The notes beneath the pieces were generated by a model. It did no database searches. It saw only the letters and a program-made list of their open reading frames with translations, and was not told the origin of the DNA. A stretch of DNA of 63,929 nucleotides, the filler included, from Platydemus manokwari (lineage: Eukaryota), in NCBI GenBank assembly GCA_037951405.1. It is 5 parts of 5 records of this genome, joined end to end, with 100 filler letters (N's around TTAATTAATTAA, not from the genome) between each part and the next. Parts side by side here need not be neighbours in the genome. Positions count along the whole stretch, not along the records: positions 1 to 19,120 come from JBBMOY010088898.1; positions 19,221 to 29,563 come from JBBMOY011143104.1; 3 more parts are not named here. The stretch is one strand, 5' to 3'. This document shows, piece after piece, positions 13,951 through 26,973 of this stretch; the first letter of the stretch is position 1; every line of letters begins with the position of its first letter. The translations under genes were made by a program, and so were the position numbers.

Positions 13951-14783
13951 TGTTGGAAAGATATTAAATTATTAATTGAGCAAAGAGGAAAACTGGGCCT
14001 AGAAATATAATAACGCAGTTATAACTCCTGAGTTGAATGACACGTTACTAAATAATTGACGTCTCCCTCGAGGAATGATTATTATCGTGTATAATCCAAA
14101 ATTTAATTCTACTATTTATGAACAAAGCTAAATAATAATTAACAAAATCTGAATCCAAAAATATTTATTTGAGAAATCGAAATTTAACAATTAATATGCA
14201 AAAAACAACAAAAAGATTATCCAAATATCCCGTACTTCGCCTTAGCGATTAACAAGGAATCCGTGTAACGGACGAAGAGATTTATTTGCAGAAGCAGAAG
14301 AATTATTTGTCGACAATTGAATATACCTTTTATCAGTTAAATTATTAAACCATAAATAATTAATTAAATTATTAAAGATGAGCGTTAGATGAATGAAAAA
14401 TTTAAATAATAAAACTCTCAATGTTTCTCTTGAATCCTCGAAAACAAATTGATCGGTGATTTTCGCAAATGTTCGTGACAAATTTAAATAATCGCTCCAG
14501 AAACGGTTTCAATAAAAGATTCACAATGATTCCGCGGGTTGCTCCAAAAAGGCTCTGATGATCGGTTCAAAAAGCAATACTATACCCAAACGACTTCGAT
14601 ACTAGATCCAAAAATATAAGAATTGCATATGATTCATGCTGTGTTTGCATTATATTACTTCATATGTTATATTGTGGGACTCTTGTGTTGATATTGTGTG
14701 CTATGATATGGGAATGCAATGTTGTGGGAATTAATATTGTGTTACGTTGTGGGATTGCTGTGTTGTGGGGGGTGCATCCAACA
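13951..14783 (-). mobile_element. 5' LTR (833 bp) of a BEL/Pao-like LTR retrotransposon
   Basis: Perfect 7-bp terminal inverted repeat TGTTGGA...TCCAACA and CCCACAA repeats in the U3 part. It is followed after 3 nt by TGGTCCT (PBS-like) and then a decayed ORF down to ~13100. Confidence 0.7.
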
Positions 14784-15466
14784 TTTAAACAAAAAAGATA
14801 AGGAGATGTCAAGTTACTACAAATATTCTTTTTAGGAAGAGGTTTTTTTCAAAATCTCACAGCCTTTATATGTGTTTTTAAAATAATTTTAATGTTAGTG
14901 AATCAGTTAATTGAATATACTTATACTTTCATAAAATTTTTATTCATTTTTAATAAACAAATATAAAATTAACTTTGGGTGATTTTGATTGATTCGATTG
15001 TAGAACAATAAGCCAATAGGAGCTGAGGTGTTTCTGTGTAGAGATTAGACAATTACATGAATTAGTATAAATTAGGTATGCACTTGGACCTCTAGTGAAC
15101 CCAATAACTAAGATTGTAATTGGCTTTGCGCTACATAATAGATTTTTAATAAAAGTTGATAATAGCAAAAATGTTTGTTCCTGTATACCTGTCATTGACT
15201 GTGGCTTCCCATTTTTTCCAATGGGAATCTTTGTAATTTAATCTATTTCAGATTCTAATTCCTACTGATTTACTTTCTTTTGAGGAACTGGCTCATTAAA
15301 TTAATCATTGTAGTAAGATATGTTTGGTTTGACTCTTTTTTACAGTGTTGGGGTTTCTATGTTTTCAGTAAGGTTTGTGTGAACGATTAATTTAAACTCA
15401 ATTAATTTTAATAGTAAGTTCTATCCCAACTTTTGCGTGTTCCACTACGATTATAATCTTTAGTAA

Positions 15467-15873
15467 CACCTGACTCCAAAGGTGCTGTGTATTAGCTATG
15501 TGATTGATAATACAAAGGTTATTTATAAATATATATTGAAATAGATAATAGAATACAAAATCTTAATTTACACTCAAAATTATTGATAATAATAAACTTT
15601 CAAAATTATTTTTATGAGCTGACAAATAACCAGGCTTGTGGGGGTTTTCTCAGTTTGCGCTTAATTAAAGAAGTTACTGACTCTATATGGATAGAGCGTA
15701 TAATTTTTATATATAGTCTCTTAGGTTTCCCGGTAAGAGCCCTAAGGTTGCTAGGTTATTGGAGGTTAGGCCTACCTCTTAGACTGAATTTGTTTGAGAT
15801 TTTAGAGTTTAGAAGAATTTATCTCTAGTTGAACTGGGTTCAGGCTAGAGTATATTATGAGTATGATATAACA
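15467..15873 (-). mobile_element. Short LTR (15483-15873) plus tRNA-Leu-like PBS (15467-15478), Gypsy-like
   Basis: Minus strand reads TGTTATA...CACAGCA with an internal TATATATAAAAA box. After 4 nt comes TGGAGTCAGGTG (compare Leu PBS TGGTGTCAGGAG), then a decayed leader/gag-like tract. Confidence 0.5.
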
Positions 15874-16078
15874 GAAAATTAATAAATAATTTTTAATACT
15901 TACAACTCGAGTAGGCTTTTGGTGTGTAATTAAATATTATTAGAGAATTACTGAATAAACGATTATTAATTGAAAAGGGTTGCAACTATGTATAATGTTA
16001 TCAAAGAATTAAGATTAACAATGAGTGAGTAATTGAATATTATAGAATTAAGATTTAAAATGCAGCAATTGTTCCTCA

Positions 16079-16218
16079 GAAGCAGCGAGACGTTCCCTTA
16101 ATATCCCTTCAGTTAGACGACAAGTTTCCTAGTGAAGGATTTTTCGTTGGATTGGAAATTCGGAAATTTCGTTTCGACCCTTCTCTTCTTTGGTTCCTTT
16201 GAAGCAGCGAGACGTTCC
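16079..16218. repeat. Direct repeat GAAGCAGCGAGACGTTCC (2 copies), probably LTR- or leader-internal
   Basis: Exact 18-mer at 16079-16096 and 16201-16218 within a GC-richer island. Confidence 0.8.
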
Positions 16219-17284
16219 TTATTATTGATACACGATTCTAGCTGGAAAGCAGTTTGAGAGCGATTATTCTTCGTTCGATTTTCCCCTTTTGAGAGCTATT
16301 ATCCTTAAATAGTTTTCTCGTGGAATAAGATTGCAGCAGGCAATTATTTGAGTTAGAGCGATTCGTTTCCTAAAGGTTCCGGATTGTATTGTACTTTATA
16401 TGTCAACTTACTATTAAATATATATACTGAGACATTCATTGAAGTTCTTTTCTATCGAAAAACATTTTCCCTATTCTTATATAAATGATGAAATGCAGTC
16501 CGTATTTCAAAATTTTTCATTCAACATTATTGATGTGCATATCGAGCATTTGCCGATTTATCAGATTCGTTGATATTTAGTTGATATGTATGACTCGTGA
16601 TTATAATTCTAGAAATGGATGAAATTATAATTAAATTTATCAGTTATTAAATTATTTTTTTTTTCGATGACTTTTTTAATGAATTTAATAAAATTTCAAA
16701 CATTGTTGTGTTGCACATGTATTTCATCTTGATAATAATTAATAATGTATACAAGAAATTTACATGCTGATACGACAAGCATTAAGTTGTAAATGGTTAA
16801 ATCACTTTTCAGATACTTCTTGCTACTCGATATAAGGTTATAGGCAAATAAATTGACTTTCCGAACTCATTGTTCGACATATAATAATAATAATTATTTA
16901 ATTATTATTATTCATAGTTACGTCTTGCTTATTTGAAACTATATTTCCTTGATCACTATCGATTATTGTTTCTTCTAAGTTTTGAATACTATTATTAACT
17001 TGTACTATTATTATTGTTATCGCTATCTATTTCTTACTCTGCAGTGTTAAACAGGTTATTGATTCACTATTTTCTGTTAACTCCCTCATTAATGAATGAC
17101 TTCTTCATTGACTTCTAGTTATCCTTCTAGATTGTCAATCTTCGTTAAATAATTCGGGCGTTTCATTAATAAATACACTTTTATTCAACAGTTTGTCTTA
17201 TGCACTCTTAGAGTTATAACAAAAATATGAATTATAATAATACATGGTTACGCAATGCCTATAAATGATTACAATTTATAAAAA

Positions 17285-18332
17285 TGTAATAATTGTTCGA
17301 CCTACCTCGTAATCTTCGGTTAACTAATTCATTTCATTAAATCATTTTCATATCAATTAATGATCTTCATCTCACTAAATCATTTTTAACTAATTCATTG
17401 TCATTTCATTAAACCACTTCCATATAAATTAATCATCTTCATCTCACTAAATCATTTCTCATTTAACTAACCCATTGTCACTCCATTAAAATCATTTTCA
17501 TTTAACTAACTCATTACCATTTCACTAATCATTTTGCAACTCACTAAATCATCTTCACTTAACTAATTCATTGTCATTTCATTAAACCAATTTTTCATCT
17601 CACTAAATCATTAAGATAAATACTATTTAACCTTTCTCTAACTACGATTAACATAAAGAAATTTTCATCTTATCTAAAAATTTTATTTATATAACATTTC
17701 TTCTTTTATCTTCATGATCAGATACAGTTCATTCATCATACTTTCTCATTTTCTGACCATAACTCTAAATAAATAATCAGACTCTTATATATATCCAATA
17801 TATCTACACTTACCAAATCAACTCTTCATTATAGTTGTTCTCATTTCAACCATCATTATTATACTATACTCACTACTCTATTAATTTTAATTAGGAATTT
17901 TTTAATCTTTAACTTTTTTAAATTAACTTAAATAACTTAAACAAATACTTATTTTTACTTAATAAATTTTAAAATAATTTTAATTAATTAACACGTTTTT
18001 AGCAAATATCTCTCTTAATAATAAAAATCACCTATTTTTCCAATAAAATTTATTATTAAATTAAACATCTAATTATCACCTTTCATAATATAACTTTTAT
18101 AACCTTTTTATCTTTCTCTTCATCATATAATTAAATTAGTTTATTTTTATATATGCTTTTTTCAATTTCACTTTTTGTTTTAAATTTCCACTTAATTATT
18201 TCCACTAACAACATTTAATTAATATTCATTATATATCCTTCTTAATAATTAAATATATTAAATTTATGACTTTTTACAATTATCTTAATATCTTTTTATT
18301 TTAGCCATACTGATGATATTCGCAGCTTCACA
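17285..18332 (+). mobile_element. Probable ~1.05 kb LTR with internal degenerate tandem repeats, followed by a decayed gag-like start
   Basis: Reads TGTAATAATTGT...TTCACA, with a TATATATA box at ~17786. Downstream are ATTGCTCCGGGATC (eroded PBS?) and a broken ORF (MEKIEV*KMETSKIRNSISSEPCQLRRWF). Confidence 0.45.
17320..17612. repeat. Degenerate tandem array built from CTTCATCTCACTAAATCAT and TAACTAATTCATTGTCATTTCATTAAA modules
   Basis: Each module is visible about 4-5 times in shuffled order. Confidence 0.8.
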
Positions 18333-18789
18333 ATTATTGCTCCGGGATCATAGCCTTAATAGTATAACTCAATCTTAATCTCATATCTCAAAAACTTTGA
18401 AAATCAAATAAAAATTAAAAAATTGAAAATATGGAAAAGATAGAAGTGTAGAAAATGGAAACTTCGAAGATTCGGAATTCCATCAGTTCAGAACCATGCC
18501 AACTGCGTCGCTGGTTCACGAAGGAAGAAACCATAAAAAACAACCAACTATACAAACTTTAAAGTCGAGGTGAGGGATTCTCCCACCGCTTCGTGAAGAT
18601 CCATGTTTATGTAAAAATAAACTTTAGAATTTTTATTTTTATTTTGTCACATGTAAATCTAAATTTTTATTCAAAATATTTTTTTCTCAATTCTTTCATT
18701 GTTTTGTTTGTAATAATAGTTCATAGCCATTTTAAATGAAAAATTTTTTTGGTCCTAACTACAAACCCATAGCTATTTTAAAATCTCGT

Positions 18790-19118
18790 AAGCGTCTCAA
18801 TCTTTGGTGAACTGAATTGTGAGGTGACATCCGTAATTCATCTTCAATGAGTGTTATTACGTCATCTCATCATGAGTGATTCTTCAATGATGCTGTAATC
18901 ATGCTTTTCATTGTCTCAAAAGTTCTCTCAATGAACTCATTTGACTGTGGATAATATGGGTAAGAAAATGTTCTCTTTATTTCCATACTAAAGCATAATT
19001 CGGATATTGATGTGGATTGAAAATGTGTTCCGTTGTCAGAGTAGATACATTCAGGAGCTCCAAATTTGCTTATCCACTCTTTCCATAATGCCTTGGCTAC
19101 ATTTTCTGCGGTGATTTG
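18790..19118 (-). pseudogene. LTR-retrotransposon (Gypsy-type) integrase core fragment, truncated by the contig end
   Basis: Reads QITAENVAKALWKEWISKFGAPECIYSDNGTHFQS...FSYPYYPQSNEFIERTFETMK...**DDVI...LRMSPHNS. This contains the rve motifs FGxPxxIxSDNGxxF and YxPQSNxxxER. Not in the ORF track. Confidence 0.92.
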
Positions 19119-19120
19119 CT

Positions 19121-19220
19121 NNNNNNNNNNNNNNNNNNNNNNNNNNNNNNNNNNNNNNNNNNNNTTAATTAATTAANNNNNNNNNNNNNNNNNNNNNNNN
19201 NNNNNNNNNNNNNNNNNNNN
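19121..19220. other. Artificial contig spacer (44N-TTAATTAATTAA-44N)
   Basis: Six-frame stop linker at 19165-19176, identical to three other spacers. Confidence 0.97.
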
Positions 19221-19221
19221 A

Positions 19222-20512
19222 CCTATTTTACCTCATATTAATGATTCGCATTTAAAAGCAATGGGTATAGAAGCAGTTGGTGATATAATTAGGATTTTAA
19301 AATATATCAAAGATTTTCCACAAGTACATTAATTATTATTAAACTAATAATTATTCCTTTATTACTATAGGTTGAAAAATCTAATAAAATTATAAAAGAA
19401 ACTGCAGGTAAATGTTTTTATTGAAATTTTCAATTTTCCTTAAAGTCAAGTTTCGTAATTTAAACATTTGAAATCTGTGTATGGATTATTTTACAGAAAG
19501 ATTTATAGAAATACTTCCAGTCAGCGACGCATCAAAAGTGAACCCAGAAAAATTAAAAGGTAGTTCAAGTAGTAACTTTCAATTTCTAATGGCTTTCTGA
19601 AGTATGTTCCACTTATGCAAAACTCCCAGGATGTGAAGTACCTGTTCCAGTCAGGAGAATAGTGACCCCAGAAATTGAAGGTCGTTATAAAATTAAACAG
19701 CCATCTAAAGTGATTCAAATGAAAAATAATCAACAAACGAGTAAAATCGTTATTTATTTTCGTCATCAAGCTGATATGACCCTTAGTCTTAAGCAAGCCG
19801 GTGATTTCTTCGAATAGAATTGTAATTTTAAGTGACAATTCAAAATCTGAAGAAAAACAAAATACTTCGGTTTTAAAAAGATTAGGCAAATCTCTTGAAA
19901 AATCTGAACGAATTTTGTCTACAAATAATGATCATGATGATGACGATGTAAAAGACGTTATAATGCCTAAGAAACAAAAATTACAAATGGTAGATAACAA
20001 AACTATTTTGAAAAGATTTTTCAAAGCTAGTTTATCAAGAGATTCACAAACAAAGCTTTCACTTTCTAAGAAATTGCCAGCAAAAAATATAATTGAGGTC
20101 TACTTGGGTCCCACTTCATTGCCATTTTATATTTATTTTTAATTTAGACAGCCAAAGGAAATGTATTTCTAAGATTGGGAAGTCAAGAAAATGAAATTGC
20201 AGACAGTCCAGACTCGGAAATTTCTGTAACAACTAATGGTCTTCCATATATGGGCGTTTTTAAATTACCTAATCAGCCCAACATGTAACGACAATAGCTT
20301 GATTATTAATGATTGTTAATTTTTTAAAGAAAAAGGGGTGATGTTGAAATTCGTAGAGGCCATACAACGGATAATATTAGAAAAGTTGAGGCTTCTAGTA
20401 CCACTAGTTTTCAATACAACTCTAATAAACCTCAGTCAAGTAATTAATTGTCAACAACTTTTGAATTACATTTTGTCAATTTTCAGTTAAAGATCGACTG
20501 GGACATAGATAA
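19222..20512 (+). CDS. C19orf47: C19orf47 homolog (SAM-like N-terminus, xxRLG repeats), 5'-partial. Exons 19222-19323, 19371-19407, 19497-19559, 19603-19740, 19787-20097, 20148-20284, 20330-20439, 20487-20512
   Basis: GT-AG introns of 43-89 nt keep one reading frame. Motifs: LKAMGIEAVGDIIRILKYIK (cf. GDIIAILKHAK), RRIVTPEIEGRYKI (cf. RRVTAEMEGKYVI), SVLKRLG, NVFLRLG, LPYMGVFK (cf. LQYAGVLK) and terminal IKDRLGHR*. Confidence 0.88.
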
Positions 20513-21337
20513 TAATTTCGGAATTTTTAATTTTTCAAATATAATTTACTCTGCTTTTAATTTTTGTTCTGAAATCATACAGTAAATTTATCTTCGATTA
20601 TCATAAAAGCTAAGCCAAAAATAACTAACATTTTCAACCATTTTATAATTATAATGAATAATCAATTAGTTGTGTAAAATCATTTTGTTAATATATTATA
20701 CAACGAAACAAGTGATCATTTAGTTTGTTGTATTTAAATTTTAAACTTTAAATATTAAAACAATTGGCGAATATTTGAAGGTCAATTTTATTGATATAAT
20801 TTATAATCAGAATAGTTCCGTTTGAAACACGTTTCGAAATCACTAAATTCAAAATGAATTATCAATATTATTTTAGTATTTCTTGAAATTAGTAATAACT
20901 GATGTTTGTTACATAAACATATGACTTTTTGTTGGTAAGTATGTATTGCTTTTAGTTAATGAAATTCACATAAAATGGTGCTCAATTAGTATTATGTAAT
21001 GTAAACATAAATTCGTTTCCATTTATAATGCTTGTATTAATATTTTAGTTTCGAAAAATTGATGAATCAATCTGATTATCCAAATAAAGTAATAGCTTAA
21101 TAAAATCATGATTTTATTTTAAATTTTTAGTTTTAAATTATTTTGAAATGATACGATAGAAATTATATATAATTAATATCTCAAGTAATATCTTGGTTTC
21201 CATAAACTAATCCGTTACCTAAAATATCCGAAATTAGACTTATATTTGTATCGAAGAAATAACTCTTAATTCAATCTACAACCCAAGATAGGTTAAAATG
21301 TGCGGCAACGAATATTGAAATTTGTTTTGGGTTTCAG

Positions 21338-21523
21338 TATTGTTACAGAGCCGGATCATCAACTCAACCGCAATCTTCAGTAATATCTTCTCAACAGTCA
21401 TCAATGGGATCACCTCAATCTTTGTCTTCAGCCTATCTGAAGATAAGAAACAAATCCCAACAATCCCAATCTTCGTATCAAAGCTTGCAGAGACGGAAAG
21501 TGAACATTGATAAAGACAAATAG
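21338..21523 (+). other. Candidate terminal exon encoding an S/Q-rich peptide
   Basis: A TTTCAG acceptor is followed by a 61-codon open frame (YCYRAGSSTQPQSSVISSQQSSMGSPQSLSS...RRKVNIDKDK*). No convincing upstream exon was found. Confidence 0.3.
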
Positions 21524-24500
21524 ATTTAACTTTTAGTGATTTGGTCTTTAATCTTAACTCTCGATTAATTTGTTAATTTTTTATGAAAAAAGTGATGTAA
21601 AAATTGTAAAAAAATGTTTATAGTTCAAAAAAATAAAAATATTAATTCGCGAAAAATATATTAGTTATACAATTATTGTATTTTTTGGAAAAATAAACAA
21701 AATAATAGTAAAAGTTTGAAATAAATGAAAAATAATAAAAATCATTTATTTGAGGACTGAATAATAATATTAATAAATAATAATAAAATTTGTAAATATA
21801 AATTAAAATTTGAACGTATATTTGGGCATAATCAGAATTTTGAAATGTGGGCGAAAAAGGAAAATCAAATTAATAATGTGGTCGAAAAATAAATTAAAAT
21901 TATTAATGTAGGCGGATTTGTAAAATAATTTTGAAATCCAATAGGAAAAAAGAAGTTGAATTATTGAAATTGTATATTGGGAAAAATGACTAAGACATGA
22001 GAATAATCTGGTAGAAATTATGGCTAAAATGTCGAGTCAATAATTGCCAGTCTATTTGGCTGTTTTCTATTCTGTATTCGGCTTTCGGGTGCTGATTCCG
22101 TTTAGAGTAATAATTTACTATCGTGCTGTAATACTATTATAATTGTATGTATTGACCAGTCGAACCTCTGACTCTTAGTTTAAATTATGATTTTCAGATT
22201 TGTTTGTAAGTTAATGTATGATAATAAGATAAGAATAATATATTAAAAGCAAATAATTAAATAAAAATAAAAGGTTAATAATAGAAAATAATGAGGGTTA
22301 TAATAATTAATTCTTAACTAAACATGAAAAGCTGTCGAGGAAAATCGAAGCAGAAACTTCAGCAAATTTAAGGAACAAATTATGGTTTTAGGCTTAGAAG
22401 CATAATTTTTTTTACTTTTATAAAACAATAAGTCTAAAATCATTATCGAAATGAGAAGTAATTTGCAATCATTACGACAGTATAAACAGTGGATCAATTC
22501 AGCCACAATTCACAAATATAATTTCGGTATGAAATTTTTGAGGATAATCGTGGCATTTAAATTTAGAGACATGAATATATTTGTTATATTTTTACAATTC
22601 GATGTTAGGTAATAGAAAGTGTTGAGTAAGTCGATTAAGGTAAATAAATATAAAAATAAATTTAATCATAAGAAAATACTCTAAGAACAAAAACACGAAT
22701 CCATTTTGCTTAGATCATAAACAATTATATTACATATTGTTCTCTGACATGTATATCATATTAATTGTAAACAATGCGATTAATAAACATGTTTTAATAA
22801 ATCAACGAAATTTTAAAATAAATAATAACAAAATATATAAAATTTATACTTATTCGGAATTCAGTTTGTAATTCTCTAGTTGGGGATAGATTGGCAATAT
22901 TTGACAAATCAGAGTTGAAGTAACATTGCAATAAACTGGTAACCGTTCAGATTGACAAAATAAGAAATAAATAAAAATAGTCATCAATAGTCATTAAAAT
23001 AAATTTCAAGACAAATAAATGAATAATGATTGATTGGAGTTTAGTTATACCACTGGTCTGAACACGTAAAAATAAATGATTTATTGAAAACAATAAGATA
23101 AATTTATCATATCTGCATCCTGATTGCTTAACATAGTATCGAGGGAAAAGATTTCAGAGAAAAATATCAATACACTATTTGACCTTATTGATTTAATAAG
23201 TTAGATAAAAAATTAATTGATATTGGTCAAATAAGTTTCGTTCACACAGTCGGTCGATATCATTATGGGAAAATAAACTTAAATCCATGGTAATAAAGAC
23301 AGTAACGCACAAATATATTGTTCAAAGATAATTGGTAAAAGTACAGCAGTGAATTTTTGAGTAATTGTATTAAAATAGGTATTTAATCTGGTGCTGGGAT
23401 CATCCACCCAACAGCTAAATAAAATGTAAAAAAAAATTTAAACTTATAACCAGCAGCCACACAATAAAACAAAAATCTAACTTCACAGCACATACAAAAC
23501 TCCACCCAGTTACACAATATATTTCACAAATCTTTGACTATGGATAGTGCAAAACAGAATGAGTATAGCAGAGCGAAGTTCATAAATTAACAACAATTGA
23601 TATTTTGATGGATGTTGTGAGTAATAATTAATGTTTTGGTGTTTTGATTAACAAAAAATATTTAAATAGAGATTTTTATCTGTTATTTTTATTTTAAAAA
23701 AAATGTAAAAACTATGATATTATATGACGTATTGATTAATAATTGATTGGCAATAATAATGGTATAAAATACGATATTATAATCAATTTATTTTTTATGT
23801 AAAAGAGGGAAAAGAGGACTTAAGTTTGACAGAACAATAATAATTTAAATTAGATAAATATAATAATTAATTGAAATTAAAGTGCAAACTCCAAGGAAAA
23901 TAAACCATGTTTAAAAAATACATGAATAAGCATATGGAAAATGTAATAACTCTGGAAATTACATGAAGTTGTCATATGGCCGTAAAATGAAAAATTTCCA
24001 TTAATAATCGTCAAATCAATATCAAATTATATATCATTGCCGAAATTAATTCTACTTTAAAAATTGCCCTCGGCTCCGTCAGCTTTGGATTGATATATAT
24101 TTTAAATTTGGAGAATTTACACTCAGTCGTTTCATTAATAATTTAAAACAATAAATTAAAATCTAAAACCAATACATCAGCTTTAGTGATCTTTATGTTA
24201 ATTCGGTCACAAATATTTCATACCCGCTATTAAAGCCTCGTATAATCAGTGATAAACTAAAGCAAAATCAGCTCTTAATCGACAACCGAAAGAGAAAGCA
24301 AATTAATCAACAAATCAAACACACAAAAAAATAAAACAACCAGCATATTTAATACTGATAAATGGTAGCATAATTGTGTATGGAATGAGTTCTCTTTATT
24401 TGATCAGCAACTTGAAATTATGGTTGCTATATATTTGAAATCGTGTATGCAATGTAAATACATTTTGATCAAAAATCACTTCTCCCTGCAGAAAAAAGAA

Positions 24501-26973
24501 TAATATAAGGAGTCTGGTCGGATGACTAGTTAAGTTCGCTAAGCACAGCAAACGTAACAGAATTATAAATATTTCATAATCGAACATTTATTTTCATTCA
24601 CCCTTATTAAAAGTTCACTGATTTGTACATTTCGACGAGGCTTCTAGTATAATATAAAGATTATTACTAGAGTTTAGCGTAGGACTGAAACTAAGTGACT
24701 TTAGTTAAAAACATTGTCACTGTACTGCGTTTTATTAACGATCCATTTACTGATAATTTTAATGATTTGAAATTGCTCAAACCTATATTAAAATTTATAA
24801 AACTTGCAAGCTCAAGGTTACATAGAAATAGCTATGAGCGTCGCTACTGGAATTAACCTACAATGCAATTACTTTCAAATGAACAAATGGAATTTGACTT
24901 TGGTTGAATTATTTATTTAAGATTAGAATTATATCTTGATTATTTAAACTCAAATATGCAAGTCTCCTTCAATTGCTAAACGTGCTTTTAAGAAACACAA
25001 ATTCTAGATGAAAAGTCGGTCATTCCAAATATATGGGCGATACTACAACAATACAAAGTTCCAGAGATTATCGTCAATAAAAATAGGTCAATCAAAATTA
25101 TCGCGAAGTTTTATAAATAAATACTCATAAATAAATACTAATGAAAAACCACTGGTTATTAAATATGAAATTAATACTGAATGTGAACAAAGTCAATAAA
25201 GTCATGTGACCTACCATTTAGAGTAGGATTTGTCAAATAACCCAGCAGGAAAATTGAATGCAAACAACTTTACTTTGAAATTTAGCACTCACGTTTTGTA
25301 CACTATGACCAAGACTATAAACATGGCTCTTAAAGCCATAAGAGGTAGAAAATAAAATTATTCATAAAGAAAAGTTGATCAAACAAAACAGGAAAAAATT
25401 CTATCTCTAATGACTAACTTAAATTTAAGTGATGTTAAACCCATAAGTTTGAAATAATTTGACAATAAATCATCTCCCGCAACGGAGGTGGTTACTTGCC
25501 TTCATATTCAGTTGGGAAATTCCCTAACAAGTTATTTACATTCGTCGATTAATAAATTCACTGACCATTTTAATTGCCGGACTAGAGTCGACGCTAGTAT
25601 TTTTCTACTATCATTCTTTAGGCCACGTCATTTTTCACAATAGAATCATTAGCGTATCAGTTAAATTCATTTTGTATTACTTTATAGTCAATCTATCGTT
25701 ATATCTATAATTAATCGTTTTTTCATCAATAAAGCTTATATTTTTTCATTTTTATTGATTTATACACGCAACCTATTTTTTGAAAGAAATCATATTATTG
25801 GTAGAGACAGTACCATAATCTATATTAAATAGAATCTGTGACTAGTAACACAAGTAAACCCCGTCAAAAAATTATATAATCGATATATGGATAGATATTG
25901 TTGATCATTTCGTCACTTCACGTTTGGAGTTTGATGAAGTGCTCTCAAATTTGATGACTCGAGTCTTACTTTTAAGTATTATGTTGGGACTGTGAATCGA
26001 ATGTAGATTTTCTTTTGTGAAATTTCGCGAAGGGACTAGAGCATTGGTATTAAAGTCATGTAGTGTGACCTAGAAGGATATCCTACATGTTTAACAATTA
26101 TTTTAATATATATTTATAATTATCCTTAAGCCAAGTCTACAATTATAATTTTCAACGATTTTCTAATTCTTTTATTTCAACAGTTGTATATTCTCTAATT
26201 TAATTCCCAAATTCAGTCACAAAATCAAAAATTAATTTCCCAATTATTTGTCCTAAATCTTAATAAGTAATTATAGAAATTAAAATTTTATTTTTAATAT
26301 TTTAAAAACGAATAAAATCATTTCATAAGAAACTACTATTTTTAAGCTCACTGGAAAGTAAGATACCAGAAAATTCGAAAACATTTGAAGCTTCTCAGAC
26401 TGACAAAAGTAAATCATATTGAGTCATGGTCAGTGTAAACTTCATTAAAAATTTCTGCAAACTATGTATTAATCAGACATGCATTTTGAATGCAATCAAT
26501 CTCTGCCAAACAATTAACGTTAAAAAGATAATCAAAACTTTCCATTCCAACATTGGATGCCGCTATTTAACGATACATCTACGTTCATCTACAATACATC
26601 AATCTACGAATTATTCAACTCAAAACCAATGTAAAAATCGGAATTAGAACCCCACAAAGCATAATGAGCTTAACCAACAGACTGAAAAATCACAAAGTCC
26701 ATCTAATAAAAATTAAATAAAAGACACCAAGATAAGTAAAAGCCAAAAGTAAATATTTACATTAAAATTACATACTTCAGAAATAACTATTTTAACATTT
26801 CAAACTAAATACGAAAGAAAAAAATCGTTTTTAGCTATTTAATCCACCAAAATTCTGAAAAATATTAAATGCGTAATTTTTTCACTTTGGTAAATTTCTA
26901 CAAACAAAATCTGTATTTAATCAAATCTTAAACAAAACAAAATGAATAAATTCTTCACACTTGAAAGAGCACG

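Noticed and set aside
14554-14600. Hammerhead ribozyme cores at CTGATGA sites (also ~18310, ~44463, minus ~60455, minus ~63738)
   Set aside because: None has a pairing stem II followed by GAAA and a cleavage triplet.
17320-17612. CRISPR-like array
   Set aside because: Eukaryotic context, degenerate modules and no unique spacers.
19165-19176. TTAATTAATTAA as a biological palindrome or piggyBac site
   Set aside because: Identical in four places and always centred in 44+44 N, so it is an assembly linker.
23392-24345. Solo LTR TGCTGG...CCAGCA
   Set aside because: A terminal hexamer repeat is present, but there is no TSD or PBS, so it is not supported enough to list as a feature.
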